Shown here piece by piece: positions 24,907 through 35,535 of a stretch of 64,000 nt of DNA. The first letter of the stretch is position 1, and the number at the start of each line of letters is the position of its first letter. The DNA is taken from the NCBI RefSeq assembly GCF_048593235.1, contig NC_133619.1:636904558-636968557 (forward strand). Direction: 5' to 3'. The notes beneath the pieces were generated by a model. That model was not told the DNA's origin, ran no database searches, and saw nothing but the letters and a program-made list of their open reading frames with translations. The translations under genes were made by a program, and so were the position numbers. Source of the DNA: Sminthopsis crassicaudata. Its lineage: Eukaryota.

Positions 24907-25499
24907 ACAGGTGCACATAAGCAAAGTCATGTCCAATAACATTGTCTCAATAACAACGGCAGGTGGGTGTGTTGGTTTTTCACCCACTAATTTAAAAGCA
25001 TAGTCCTTTAATAGAAAGCATAGGGCAAAGCCTCTTCCCAGGCCACCATATGGCAAGTAGCCACGGGAGGAGCAAGCAGGCCCACCGTCCTTTCACAGTC
25101 TTTATATTGCATATCAACAGTCCATTTCAGCTGCAACACTGGAACTGTGTCTGCTATCTCTGGTGTCACGGTCAGGAGGGGCATTGCTGTCATCAGCGTC
25201 TGGAGGGCTGCAGACATCTGGCTGGTCCCTCTGGGCGGTTGTCTTGTCCTTCTCTTGGATCCCCAGGTCACAAATGTCTCTGGTGGGGATGAACTCTACT
25301 GCTGGATCTGCACCTAGGAAGGAATGTACCCGGGGCCCAACTTGGGCCTTTCCAAATGCCATCCAGGCCTTTCCACATCACAGTGGAAACAAAGTTGTTG
25401 TCAAAAAGATTAACAAAAGTCAGACAAAAGTTAGTCAGTCTGTCACTTAGCTGCACTTTCTGTGTGTGCCCGAAGTGCATTGCTAAGGTAAAAGGCAAA

Positions 25500-25655
25500 G
25501 AATTTAAACATGTAAAATCAAAATAATTTAAAAGTGTAAAACCAAAATAGATTAAAAATGTAAAACCAAAATAACTTTAAAATGTAAAATCAAAATACTT
25601 TGAAGATGTAAAATCAAAAGTGTTTAAAAATGTAAAATCAAAATTTAAAAATTGT
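25500..25655. repeat. About 22-bp AT-rich tandem repeat inside the provirus
   Basis: aaatgtaaaa(t/c)caaaa units, about 6-7 copies. Confidence 0.85.
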
Positions 25656-25822
25656 AAGCAATCACATATCCCAAAATTCCCTTCTCTTGTTTAGAAGAGA
25701 AGATCTTGGGGATATAGTCTGTGCAGTAATGACTTTACTAATAGGATAAGAAATGCCAATGGAATGGGCAAAGTCAAATTCAATGCAAAAACACCTAAAG
25801 GCAAAGTATTTGTAAGCCAATC

Positions 25823-26369
25823 TGTTGCGAGCTGTCGTCTCTAGAAGCTGCCGGATCACTCTCTGGGAAGAGATCTGCTGTGTCTTCTACTCAAATCTCT
25901 CCGACAGATTCTTCTTCCTGTAACGAACCGTTGTCTCCAGGCAGTTGCTGTTAACTCTTGTCCAAAGAAGTGACTTCCCTTCCTGCAGAGAGCCCCGTCA
26001 AGCCTGATGCAATTCAGAGTCTTCCTCTTGAATCCTGGCTCTGAATCTCCTCCAGCTCTTATCCTTCTCCAGGCCGATCTGCTCTCTGCGCCCAGTGCTG
26101 TCTCTTTTTATCCTCCCAGAGAATGGGCGTGGGATAATGCAAGGGCTTCTGGGAAGAACCACCCCAGCCAATGAGCTTGCCCCCTCTATCAAGTCAACCT
26201 GAGTTCTCACCTTGTAATTGTCCAGAAAACCTGAATTCTCACCTTGTCACCATCCAGACAACCTCAGTTCTCACCTAGTAATCCCAACATCTTGTAATTG
26301 TCCAGAAAACCTGAATTCTCACCTTGTCACCATCCAGACAACCTCAGTTCTCACCTAGTAATCCCAACA
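25823..26369 (-). mobile_element. Solo LTR of a second ERV family nested in the provirus integrase
   Basis: TGTTGG...GCAACA ends; 6-bp TSD CCAATC at 25817-25822 and 26370-26375; internal 81-bp tandem duplication; integrase resumes on both sides (KTVYG|LAYKYFAFRCFC). Confidence 0.9.
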
Positions 26370-27515
26370 CCAATCCATAAACTGTCTTAAATGCATGTGA
26401 AATTTCTACCATGGAAAAATGCTTGATCACATGTCTAGCTGCTTCTCCAGATTGGAATGAAGCCATAATGTCCATTGGTATTAAAACATTAAATTTCAAA
26501 CCATAAGGGTTTTGTCCTATAGGGAGTATAGGTGAGTGAAAGACAAGCTGTGTAGCCTTCTGCCATGCTCTAGCTTCCTCTTTAGTTATCACAATTTGTA
26601 AATATAAGATTCTAGCAGCCTGATTGTAAATGATTTGAAGGTCCACTCTGAAAATGGACATGGAGGGTATATTTATCTGAGCGCTTTCTCACTCGCTCTC
26701 GAAGTTCTTAAAAGAGTTGATACCTTTTCAGTGGCCTGCCACTCATACAGTTAATGAAAATAGAACACTCGGCTATATCCTTGAAATCTTTTGCCTAAAA
26801 ATCAAAGTTTGAGTTTCTGATACCGAATTGTACTTCAGGAGTGTGAATCAATAAATCTGATATTACTTTTTCTCCTGGGTCAAAGATCACACACTGTCTA
26901 TTTATTCTAGTGATTAAAACAGCAATTTTCCAAACCATTCTAAACATAAACACTGTTTTATAAGTACCCGTAGGGGGTTGGGAAATCAAGCCCACCTGTG
27001 GAAGTGGAAAATCCACGAGGTAAGAAAAGAGGATTTCCAACTCTCCAAAGACGATCCTAGCAGTTTTACAAGTATAAAACTCCACTCTCTCTAACTGCAA
27101 GGTCTTGTCCCTGTAAGGTTTCTTAGAAATTAACTGAACTGTATTTAAAAAATTTTTCTGATTATAGTCAATACCCCACAATTCCTTTTTGCCTTGGGCC
27201 ATAAAACCTACTCCAGTCCTTTGAAATGAAGACACAGGAGTTTTAAATGGATTAATGGGCAGTGCTGATGATATTATCGCCCTTCCTTTTCCTCCTCCCC
27301 CTTCTCCCTTGGCCCAAGAAGGTGAGGCAGAGGAAAGAGGAATTGGAAAATTCCCCAAAGGCTGATTTAAAATCTAACTCGAGCTTTGCACATAAAAAGA
27401 ACTAAATTTCTTCTCAATGGAAGAGTAACTGATAAATTCCTTAAAACAACAATACACAAGGTAAACCAACAAAACGCTAAGTAGAATTTCTCCAACTGAA
27501 GTCCATGTGGTTCCT

Positions 27516-27863
27516 TTACTTTGCTTCAGCCACTGGTTTGAACTCTTCCCGTTCTATCTGTAGTAACCTAGCTTTTTCTTCTTTCTCTATCTCCATCTGT
27601 AGTTTAACCTGCAATTCCAGCAACTCTTGCTGTGGCATTTTATACTCTATACTGTCATACATACGCACTAGCTCTAGGTTGCTCCCTCTCCGAGCTATAT
27701 TTAATGGGTGTGGGGATAGCCTTCTCGGAGCTTGATTACAAACTTCCTGCTGTTCAGCGGTGATCTCTGTTAAAAGATCTTCCATCTGGCTCTTTAACCT
27801 CTTTATATAAGCATTATATTCAGCTGTGTCCTTGAGCCTGATCCCAGAGTTACCTGGGTCCAT
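27516..27863 (-). pseudogene. Truncated gag N-terminal ORF of the provirus
   Basis: 115-codon ORF starting about 100 nt after the PBS, coiled-coil/acidic composition; position is the main evidence. Confidence 0.6.
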
Positions 27864-27983
27864 ATTGCCTCTCTGCCTTCCCTCCTAAGTGGCGTTTCTA
27901 CCGGATCTTTCAGAATCTTAATTCTGAATATTAAATATTTTCAAAACCTGATAATTCCTGATGCGTCCACGTTGAGCGCCATT

Positions 27984-28547
27984 TGTAACGTGCTCTCCTG
28001 GCAGTTACAATTACTAGTCTGCTGTAGGCCCAGAGTACCTTTGACCACTGACCTTTGCAGTGTGAGCTCTACCCGGCTCGCCTCCTCTGAGGCCTTCTAA
28101 GGTCTCTGGCCACAATCTCTTGAATCTATAGCTTAGTAACCAGTAGCGCACTCAAGAACAGCCACGTGTAATCTTAAAAGCCTTTATTATACCTACTCAC
28201 ATAATGCCCTGACTTGTTGGTTCCCTAGTGAACACCTGGTCAGAAGGCCCACGTGTTCACTACCAAAACCCTTATCTCTTTTGGCTACCCATCTTGGCTT
28301 GGCCACCCAGGCTAGGGAGCCAGGGTGAAGAGCACCAGGTTAAAGAGAGCGACTGCTGCCTGCAGTGGGCTTATAAAGGACCTGTGAGGTCACACACACA
28401 GCCAATCAGTGAGAGAGTCACCCATTACGAAGCTATCTCAATATGGCCAGGATCCCGCCCAAGGGCAGTCCTAATATCCACAGAAATTACTTCTGGGCCT
28501 CAATCTCCCGATGCACTGTGGCGCCGTCCATTTAAAGGGTCCTTACA
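27984..28547 (-). mobile_element. 5' LTR of the provirus (564 bp)
   Basis: TATAA at about 28372, CCAAT box at about 28402, AATAAA 28183-28188; U5 shared with 24571-24720. Confidence 0.88.
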
Positions 28548-31486
28548 TTTAGCCACAAAGGACAAAAGAGTATAGGGTGATAGTTTGGAAGGATCAAATA
28601 AGGATTTTTTTTTTTTCCCAGGATAGGGAAGACATGGATGTTTGTAATAAAAGATGGAATGGGCCAGTAGAGAGGGAGAGATTGAAAATAAATGAAAGGT
28701 ACATGTAACCAGAAAAAGTAAAATACTGTTGAAATTTTTAAAAAAAGAAAATAAATAAAAGATTGAGGATGGCAGAAGACACAGGTCACTTGTGTAGGTA
28801 GAGTTTAACTTTGGGAAGGAGTAAAACTACCTTATTATCTGAGACAGAGGGAAGGAGGAGAGAAGGCAGAAGGTACCCAGGTGATGGAAGAAGCAGAAGA
28901 GGGGAAAAGAGAGAGTTCACAGTGAATGGCTTTAATTTTTTCTCTAAAATGTGAGGCAAGATTCTCAGCAGAGAGTGTAGAGATTGGGAAGTTTGAGGAA
29001 GGATCAGAGATTGGAAGACTCACTGTGGAGAGTGGGTGAGTTGGTGAAGGAGACAGAGTAGCCTCCCAGCGGTGAGGGCCCAGGTGAGATTGTATAGCAC
29101 AAATTCTAGCAGACCTAGACAGAAAAGTGCGTGATTTTCTCTAGCTTTGTCTGGCAGAATATGTGGGAGTGAAGGGGATGAATGATGGGAGTGAAACAAG
29201 GTTGAGTCTTAACAGGATGTAATGGATAATATGATAAGGGGGTCTACAATGCATGACCAACTAATCAATGGACACTCTTTCATCTCTCTGATCAATGAGC
29301 CTCTACCTCCATAACCCTAGGCCTTTCTACAAAATTAGGCCTTGCTCCATTCCACTTCTGAGTGCCCAAAGTTACACAAGGAATTCAAGAGAGGAGGAGA
29401 GCATAGAGTTGAATTGGTTTACCAAAGAGTCAAGAAGAAAGAATGGCTAATGTCAGGTAGTGGCTTGGGAGAAAACTGAGGGGTCAAGGGATTGGAGATA
29501 ATGGTGCAGATGATGATAGGGGTTTGCAAAATAAGGCACCGCAGGAGATGAAAAACTAATAGATTATAGTAAGCGAAGGGGAGTCCAGAATTCTTAAACG
29601 TGGAGGTGGTACATTTGTGAGTGGTAGAAAGATCAGTGGTATCATCTTTGTGTGTAACTGGAGTAGAGTGGAGAAGGAGCTCATGGGAAATGAGGGCATT
29701 GAGGAGTGAACTGTTAGGGTGTGTGAGGAGAGACAGAATGTATGTTAAGTTGGGGAGAAGAGAAAAAATTCGAGCCAGGAACTGAACTCATGGAAGGAAG
29801 TGGAATGGCCTCGGGGTCTGTAGAGCAGGTATCAGGATTTTGATTGGCTGGTGGAAATGAAGAGCATGAATCTCAAAAGAAGAGAAGTTCCTAAATGATA
29901 GAGAGAAAAAGGGAGAACTTGGAAGCAGCAATGGAGAACAAGGTGTATTGTAACCCCATCCCCTTAAACAGAAGGGACTTGACCAGTCCCTTCCCCCTTG
30001 AACCTAGTGAAGGGACAGCCAGGACTGGAAAGGAAAGCCAGAGGGGCTTTGTCGTCAGAGGGAAGCCAGGTTTCAGTAATGGGTAGTAGATAGATGGAGT
30101 CAGAGAAAAAAAAGATTAAGATTAAGAGACGTCTGTTGCCCATGGAACGGCCATTCCACAGCACACGGTGAAAGGGTTGGGTGGCGTTTAGTTGAAATTT
30201 TGGAGTGGGATGATTGAGATGGGAATAAAGAATAAGGGGGATGGAAAATGGGATTGGATGACGATCTGTAGAAATTCAGAATCAGCCAGGATGATTGCTA
30301 CGACAGGAGGGAGAATGTTCGTCACTGAGTGGAGGGTGCAGATCCTCGTCCCAAAGGGCCTTGGAGAAGACTGGAGAAAAGTACAGTAGGAGCGGGGCGG
30401 TTCTGCTTCATTTTTCCTCCCTCTGAAGGATGGAAGTTAGGCAGGAAATCTCCTGATCATTTGTACATAAGGAGGACTGGTCATGTGAGTTAGTGGATGG
30501 ATGGATGGATGGAGTAGAAAAAGAGGGAATTCTGGGATGAAGGAATATGGGCCACGGTTCTTTGGCCTTTTGCTGGAGGCACGGATAAGAGAAAGGATAG
30601 TGATTTTCATCCTTTTCATCTCTTTTCCATTAGTTTATAAATTCTAATGACAGGTTATGCTTTACTCATCTTTGTATTCTCAATTATGCTTTATCAATAG
30701 AATATATTCCGAAAATATTGGTTGAATTTGTGGAGGGCTTTGAGATTCAGGCAGAATATTATAGATTTCATATCATGTCTGATTCAGTTTCCTCATCTAT
30801 AAAATGTAAAATATAGCATCGTCTACCTCCCAGGGCTGTGGTGAGGATAAAAAAATACATAATATTTCTGAAATATTTGGCAACACTTAAAGCACTTTAT
30901 AAATGCTAACTGTCTTTAGTATTATTATTGGCATTAAGACTATAAGTTGTTGGGATGGTATTGACCTGTATTGGCGGAGGGTATTTTTGTACCAATGAAA
31001 TCAGGTTGTCATTAAGTCGTTTTTCACTCAGTGTTGAGGATCCTGGGGTAATGTCCCATTTCCTTCTCCAGCTCATTTTACAGATGAGGAAACTGAGGCA
31101 AACAGGGTAGAGTGACTTGCTCAACATCACACAGCTGGATTTGAACTCATGAAGATGAATCTTCCTGGCACTCAGTGCAGGACGCCCCCTAGCTGCTTCT
31201 AGTGAAGTCACAAGTCCTTATTCTCCCCATTCATGTAGCATCTTAAATGAGCACATTTGATACTCAAAATACCCCTGGGACATGACCCTTATCTTTCCCA
31301 CTTGATAGAGCATCATACAGCTAGTAAGTGTCACAACTGCCACGTGCCAGAATCCGGATTTGAATTCAGGCTCCCTGCCTCTGCTTATTACACCTAAAGT
31401 AGGGAGGCCTTCTAGGACCCCCCTGCAGTAGCAGGAAGTAGAGAAAAGAGGGAATCACTCCAAGTGGCTCCAAGCTTCTAGTCTGG

Positions 31487-31705
31487 TAGAATGAGGGTGA
31501 TGGGGGCAAAAATACTGTTGTTGGGGGCCTGGGCTGAGGGGGAAGGGGTGCTCAGGAGGAGCATCCTGGACTGGAAGAGAGATGGCAAACACTCTAGAAT
31601 GGGGGTGATGGGGGCAAAAAAACTGTTGTTGGGGGCCTGGGCTGAGGGGGAAGGGGTGTTCAGGAGGAGCATCCTGTACGGGAAGAGAGATGGCAAACTC
31701 TCTAG
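31487..31705. repeat. 108-bp tandem duplication downstream of NPHS1
   Basis: tagaatg(a/g)gggtgatgggggcaaaaa... at 31487 and 31595. Confidence 0.9.
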
Positions 31706-31963
31706 GGGTGGCCAGGTTTTTTCTGGGAGGGAAAATGCAGCTTCAGGTGGGCACCAAGCTAAGATGGTGCTCAAGCTCAGCAGGAGACCCCTCCCTTTGG
31801 GAGATGTCAGATGGCCGAGGAAGCTGTACTCTGGCGCCCTGATTCTGGTTTAGGGGATTGGAGCGGGATCAGAGAAACCAGGGAGCACCCCCTCACCTCT
31901 GTGAGGGTTCGCCTTCCCTCTCCGATTGCTTAGGAAATCTCACGGTGCCATATCCTGGTATAC

Positions 31964-31973
31964 TTTATTTATT
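31964..31973 (-). terminator. Polyadenylation signal of the nephrin gene
   Basis: Overlapping AATAAATAAA about 135 nt after the stop codon. Confidence 0.7.
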
Positions 31974-32104
31974 GGACAAGCTTAGCCAGTTTGCAAAGTG
32001 GCAGGACCATGGGCTGTTCCAGACACACCTATTGGCCGGAAGCATCGATCCCTATCTTGAGAGTCAATTGGAGGACAGCCCTAAGAGCTCTAAGTTCTGG
32101 GGCC

Positions 32105-32239
32105 TTAGACCAACTCCCCTCGGAGGTGGAAGGGCAGGTAGTCGTCCCCTGCCCCAGGCAGGTCCTCAGACACCAGGTCATAAATCCTTCCGGGCTCCCC
32201 ATGTGCTCCCCCGGGCCATTCTCCGTACTGATAAGTTCC
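32105..32239 (-). CDS. NPHS1: Nephrin exon 29 (C-terminus)
   Basis: GTYQYGEW...IYDLV...LPFHLRGELV*, similar to the human C-terminus LPFELRGHLV. Confidence 0.85.
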   Translation of the reverse strand, partial: GTYQYGEWPGGAHGEPGRIYDLVSEDLPGAGDDYLPFHLRGELV

Positions 32240-32373
32240 CTGGGAAATAGAGAGAAAAGAGAAAGGAGAAATGGGTAATGGCATGGGGGGAGCAGCACGA
32301 GGACAAGATGCACTGGAGTGAGCTTGGGCTGGCAGAGAAGCCGAGGCCACAGTGGGGCTCTTAGCATCCTCAC

Positions 32374-32489
32374 CATTTGGGCTCCTTGGTAGGGAGCTTC
32401 CCAGGCACCAGACACGGGGTACAGCCTTTCAACTTCATCATAAACAGGCCCGGGGCCTGCCACCTCCTCATAGTCATGACCCCAAAAGC
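32374..32489 (-). CDS. NPHS1: Nephrin exon 28
   Basis: GFWGHDYEEVAGPGPVYDEVERLYPVSGAWEAPYQGAQM, phase 1 to 0. Confidence 0.85.
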
Positions 32490-32595
32490 CTGCAAGAATG
32501 GCAGAAGTCAGGGAAGTCGGCTGCTTAGGAAGCCTTGACCCAGAAGGGTATTTCATCTCTAAAGCTTAGGGGGAGGAGTTGGGGGCTAACTTTAC

Positions 32596-32689
32596 CTCGA
32601 TATTGAGGTTCCTCTTCAGGTGTTGGGGGAAGCTGGGGGCTGAAGTCCTTCATAGAATGGTAATAGGGTTCCATCTCTGCTGAGCTCTC
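32596..32689 (-). CDS. NPHS1: Nephrin exon 27
   Basis: ESSAEMEPYYHSMKDFSPQLPPTPEEEPQYR, 94 nt. Confidence 0.85.
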
Positions 32690-33278
32690 CTGTCCGCCCC
32701 CCAAAAAACCCTCAAATCACTCATCATCCATAGCCAGAACTAGGGAGTCTGAAAGAAAGCTCCCTTTCCTCTCCACATGTACTGGGGACCTGGAGAACCC
32801 CTTCCCCCTCCCACTCCCACTTCAGTTCAGCCACCTGAATGTGTGAAGCAAGGCCCAGCATTTTCCCCTCTCATCCCCCACCCCCTTAATCCTTATTCCT
32901 GTCCAGAAAAAGGCCCCGAAAATTCAGCCCTGGAAAGTCTTGTCTCAGGGCTTAACTATTTGCTTTATAAAAGAAGGGCTAGCACAGAGAACTTTACCCC
33001 CAATAATAGAATTCCAGGCACAGGGACACAAGGATAGGGGAAAATATTCAAGAGCACAGGGGCCTAAACCTGTTCAAATCATAGAGGCCGCTGGGGTTCG
33101 GGAAAAAGGGCTAGCTCCGGCCTCAGAAGACCAGAATTCTAATCTTGCCTCAGATACGTTCCAGCTGTGTGACCCTGAGCAAGTCATTCCGTTTGATACC
33201 TTACTGTCCTGTTGAGAAGATTTATTTATAGGTATATGAAATAATTTGTAAGTACTGCAAAACAATGTGCATTATCAT

Positions 33279-33979
33279 NNNNNNNNNNNNNNNNNNNNNN
33301 NNNNNNNNNNNNNNNNNNNNNNNNNNNNNNNNNNNNNNNNNNNNNNNNNNNNNNNNNNNNNNNNNNNNNNNNNNNNNNNNNNNNNNNNNNNNNNNNNNNN
33401 NNNNNNNNNNNNNNNNNNNNNNNNNNNNNNNNNNNNNNNNNNNNNNNNNNNNNNNNNNNNNNNNNNNNNNNNNNNNNNNNNNNNNNNNNNNNNNNNNNNN
33501 NNNNNNNNNNNNNNNNNNNNNNNNNNNNNNNNNNNNNNNNNNNNNNNNNNNNNNNNNNNNNNNNNNNNNNNNNNNNNNNNNNNNNNNNNNNNNNNNNNNN
33601 NNNNNNNNNNNNNNNNNNNNNNNNNNNNNNNNNNNNNNNNNNNNNNNNNNNNNNNNNNNNNNNNNNNNNNNNNNNNNNNNNNNNNNNNNNNNNNNNNNNN
33701 NNNNNNNNNNNNNNNNNNNNNNNNNNNNNNNNNNNNNNNNNNNNNNNNNNNNNNNNNNNNNNNNNNNNNNNNNNNNNNNNNNNNNNNNNNNNNNNNNNNN
33801 NNNNNNNNNNNNNNNNNNNNNNNNNNNNNNNNNNNNNNNNNNNNNNNNNNNNNNNNNNNNNNNNNNNNNNNNNNNNNNNNNNNNNNNNNNNNNNNNNNNN
33901 NNNNNNNNNNNNNNNNNNNNNNNNNNNNNNNNNNNNNNNNNNNNNNNNNNNNNNNNNNNNNNNNNNNNNNNNNNNNNNN
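33279..33979. other. Assembly gap in nephrin intron 26
   Basis: Run of N. Confidence 1.
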
Positions 33980-34101
33980 GGTTAAGTGACTTGCCCAGGG
34001 TCACACAGCCAGGAGGTGTTACATGTCTAAGGTCAAATTTGAACTCAGGTCCTCCTGACTCCAGGGCTGGTGCTCTATCCACTGCGCCACCTAGCTGCCC
34101 C
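33980..34101 (-). mobile_element. Marsupial core SINE
   Basis: Reverse complement of ggggcagctaggtggcgcagtggatagagcacc...gagttcaaat...gggcaagtcacttaac. Confidence 0.85.
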
Positions 34102-34383
34102 TAAATCTATATTTTAGATAGCCAAATGGCTGCAGTTAAGTGAGCCCTGGACTGGAATCAGGAATCTGGAGTTAAAATCTGGTCTCAGATATTTAGCCTC
34201 AGTTTCCCCCTATGTAAAAAAGGAAAATGATAGCATCCACCTCTCTGAGTTGTTGTGGTGATCAAACAAGATCATACTTTTAAGTGCTTCATCAACCTTG
34301 ACGCTCTCTATAGATAGCAGCTGTTACTATCAAAGTCAAGGACCCAGCTCCTCGGAACTCTCCTCTCCAGCCCGAATTCTCAC

Positions 34384-34453
34384 CGTGGTGCTTGGGGTGT
34401 GCCGGCCACTCCATCGGCTCTCTTCATACTCATTTCCCGTTCTCGACTCTGAC
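34384..34453 (-). CDS. NPHS1: Nephrin exon 26
   Basis: SESRTGNEYEESRWSGRHTPSTT, phase 2 to 0. Confidence 0.82.
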
Positions 34454-34569
34454 CTGCCACGGGGACAGAGGAGTCTGCCCATCATCTCTCCACAGAGACC
34501 AGAGCTACGTCTCCTGCTTCCTCCCCACCTCCTCCCCACCTCCTCCTCCCATCAGTCCTCCCTCCTCAC

Positions 34570-34596
34570 CCTTCCTCTGACTTTTCCTCTTGGTTC
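34570..34596 (-). CDS. NPHS1: Nephrin micro-exon 25 (27 nt; now needs a phase-2 entry)
   Basis: ccctcag|G AAC CAA GAG GAA AAG TCA GAG GAA GG|gtgag = NQEEKSEEG, similar to human ISEKTEAG. Confidence 0.7.
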
Positions 34597-34751
34597 CTGA
34601 GGGCAGAATGAGAGTAAAGCAGTTAAGGCCAGCCCATCTGGGGGGGTCCCGAAGGGTGCTGGGAAATCAGGCAGGCTCTTCCCTTTGCATACAGAGGACC
34701 ATCGCCCACATCCTTCTCTCCTCCTTTTGTCCCTTGGCAGGATGTCCTTAC

Positions 34752-34812
34752 CCTCTGAGGAAAGCCCACGACGTTTCTGCCTCCAAGAGCACGTATCCTA
34801 TGCAGCATTGAT
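34752..34812 (-). pseudogene. NPHS1: Remnant of nephrin exon 24 (transmembrane exon): 3' part only, with indels
   Basis: INA/CIGYVL/WRQKRRGLSSE|gtaag aligns with human [20 protein letters not shown] only across two indels; hydrophobic helix and original acceptor absent. Confidence 0.75.
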
Positions 34813-35348
34813 ATTTAATTCAGTCTTAATTTATTTGCCTCCCAAATGGAGGTTTTCTCTCACTATTATATCCTGTACATTGATATTTAATTCAGTCTTA
34901 ATTTATTTGCATCCAGTCACCATGGAGTGTTAGTCCATCTACAAGCACTGATTCAGCGCTGAGCTACTGGAGTTACAAAGGCAAAAAACATCCCTCAATG
35001 TGCTCACAGTCTAAGTGTTAAAACCACCGTGTACACACAAGGTATAGAGGCAGGCCAGATGAGAGGTGCGTCAGAGGGAAGGCCCCGGCTCCGGGGGGAG
35101 CAGAAGTGGGGTTGAGGACCCCCAAGAGGCGAGATTTGAGCTGTCTGCTTTAAGGAAGCTAGGAGAAAGTGTCCCCGTTGAAAAGGCGTCCAGTGAAGTG
35201 ATGGATTGTTTGTCCAAGGAGCAGTGAGGAGGCCAGAATATTTATCTGCAAAGGCCTTACTGCCGAGAGGGCTGGATCTGTCCTCAGATAACCGAGTTCA
35301 AATTCCAGCCATGCCGTCCGTGTGACCCGGAGCAAATCATTTAGCGGC

Positions 35349-35535
35349 CAGCGGTCCTCACACTCTTTAAATAGGGGCCAGTTCCCTGTCCCTCAGACTG
35401 TTGTAGGCCGGACTAGAGTAAACAAAAGCTCCCACTCCGTCTCTGCCCCTCAGCCCATTTGCCATAACCCGAAGGGTCGCATAAACCTCCTCAGTGGCCG
35501 CATCTGGCCCACGGGCCCTAGTGTGAGAACCCCTG
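35349..35535 (+). mobile_element. Non-autonomous hAT (OC1/OposCharlie-like) MITE nested in a MIR-like SINE
   Basis: TIRs CAGCGGTCCTCACACT / AGTGTGAGAACCCCTG; same internal sequence as 58319-58499; imperfect TSD atttagc. Confidence 0.8.

Larger units (their letters stand above)
24571..28547 (-). mobile_element. Internally deleted betaretrovirus-like (ERV2) provirus
   Basis: TG...CA ends; 6-bp TSD TTTAGC at 24565-24570 and 28548-28553; tRNA-Lys-type PBS TGGCGCTCAACGTGG next to the 5' LTR; gag, dUTPase-like, RNase H and integrase remnants; no RT or env seen. Confidence 0.9.
23780..30430 (-). mobile_element. Long ancient L2 LINE interrupted by the provirus at 24571-28547
   Basis: L2 tail at 23780 (agtcaatcaatcaacatttatt); ORF2 remnants AENLASHFREKIKAI (about 28900-28990) and APE endonuclease-like LPITETWLPSDD...GEGTGQV (about 29970-30090). 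Confidence 0.75.

Noticed and set aside
26795-27358. 187-aa ORF as a functional viral or domesticated gene
   Set aside because: Only a degenerate gag-end/dUTPase-like remnant; no intact dUTPase or protease catalytic motifs visible
33222-34104. ORFs of 240-286 aa
   Set aside because: Artefacts of translating the N gap. The gap is in intron 26, so it cannot hold the TM exon in canonical order
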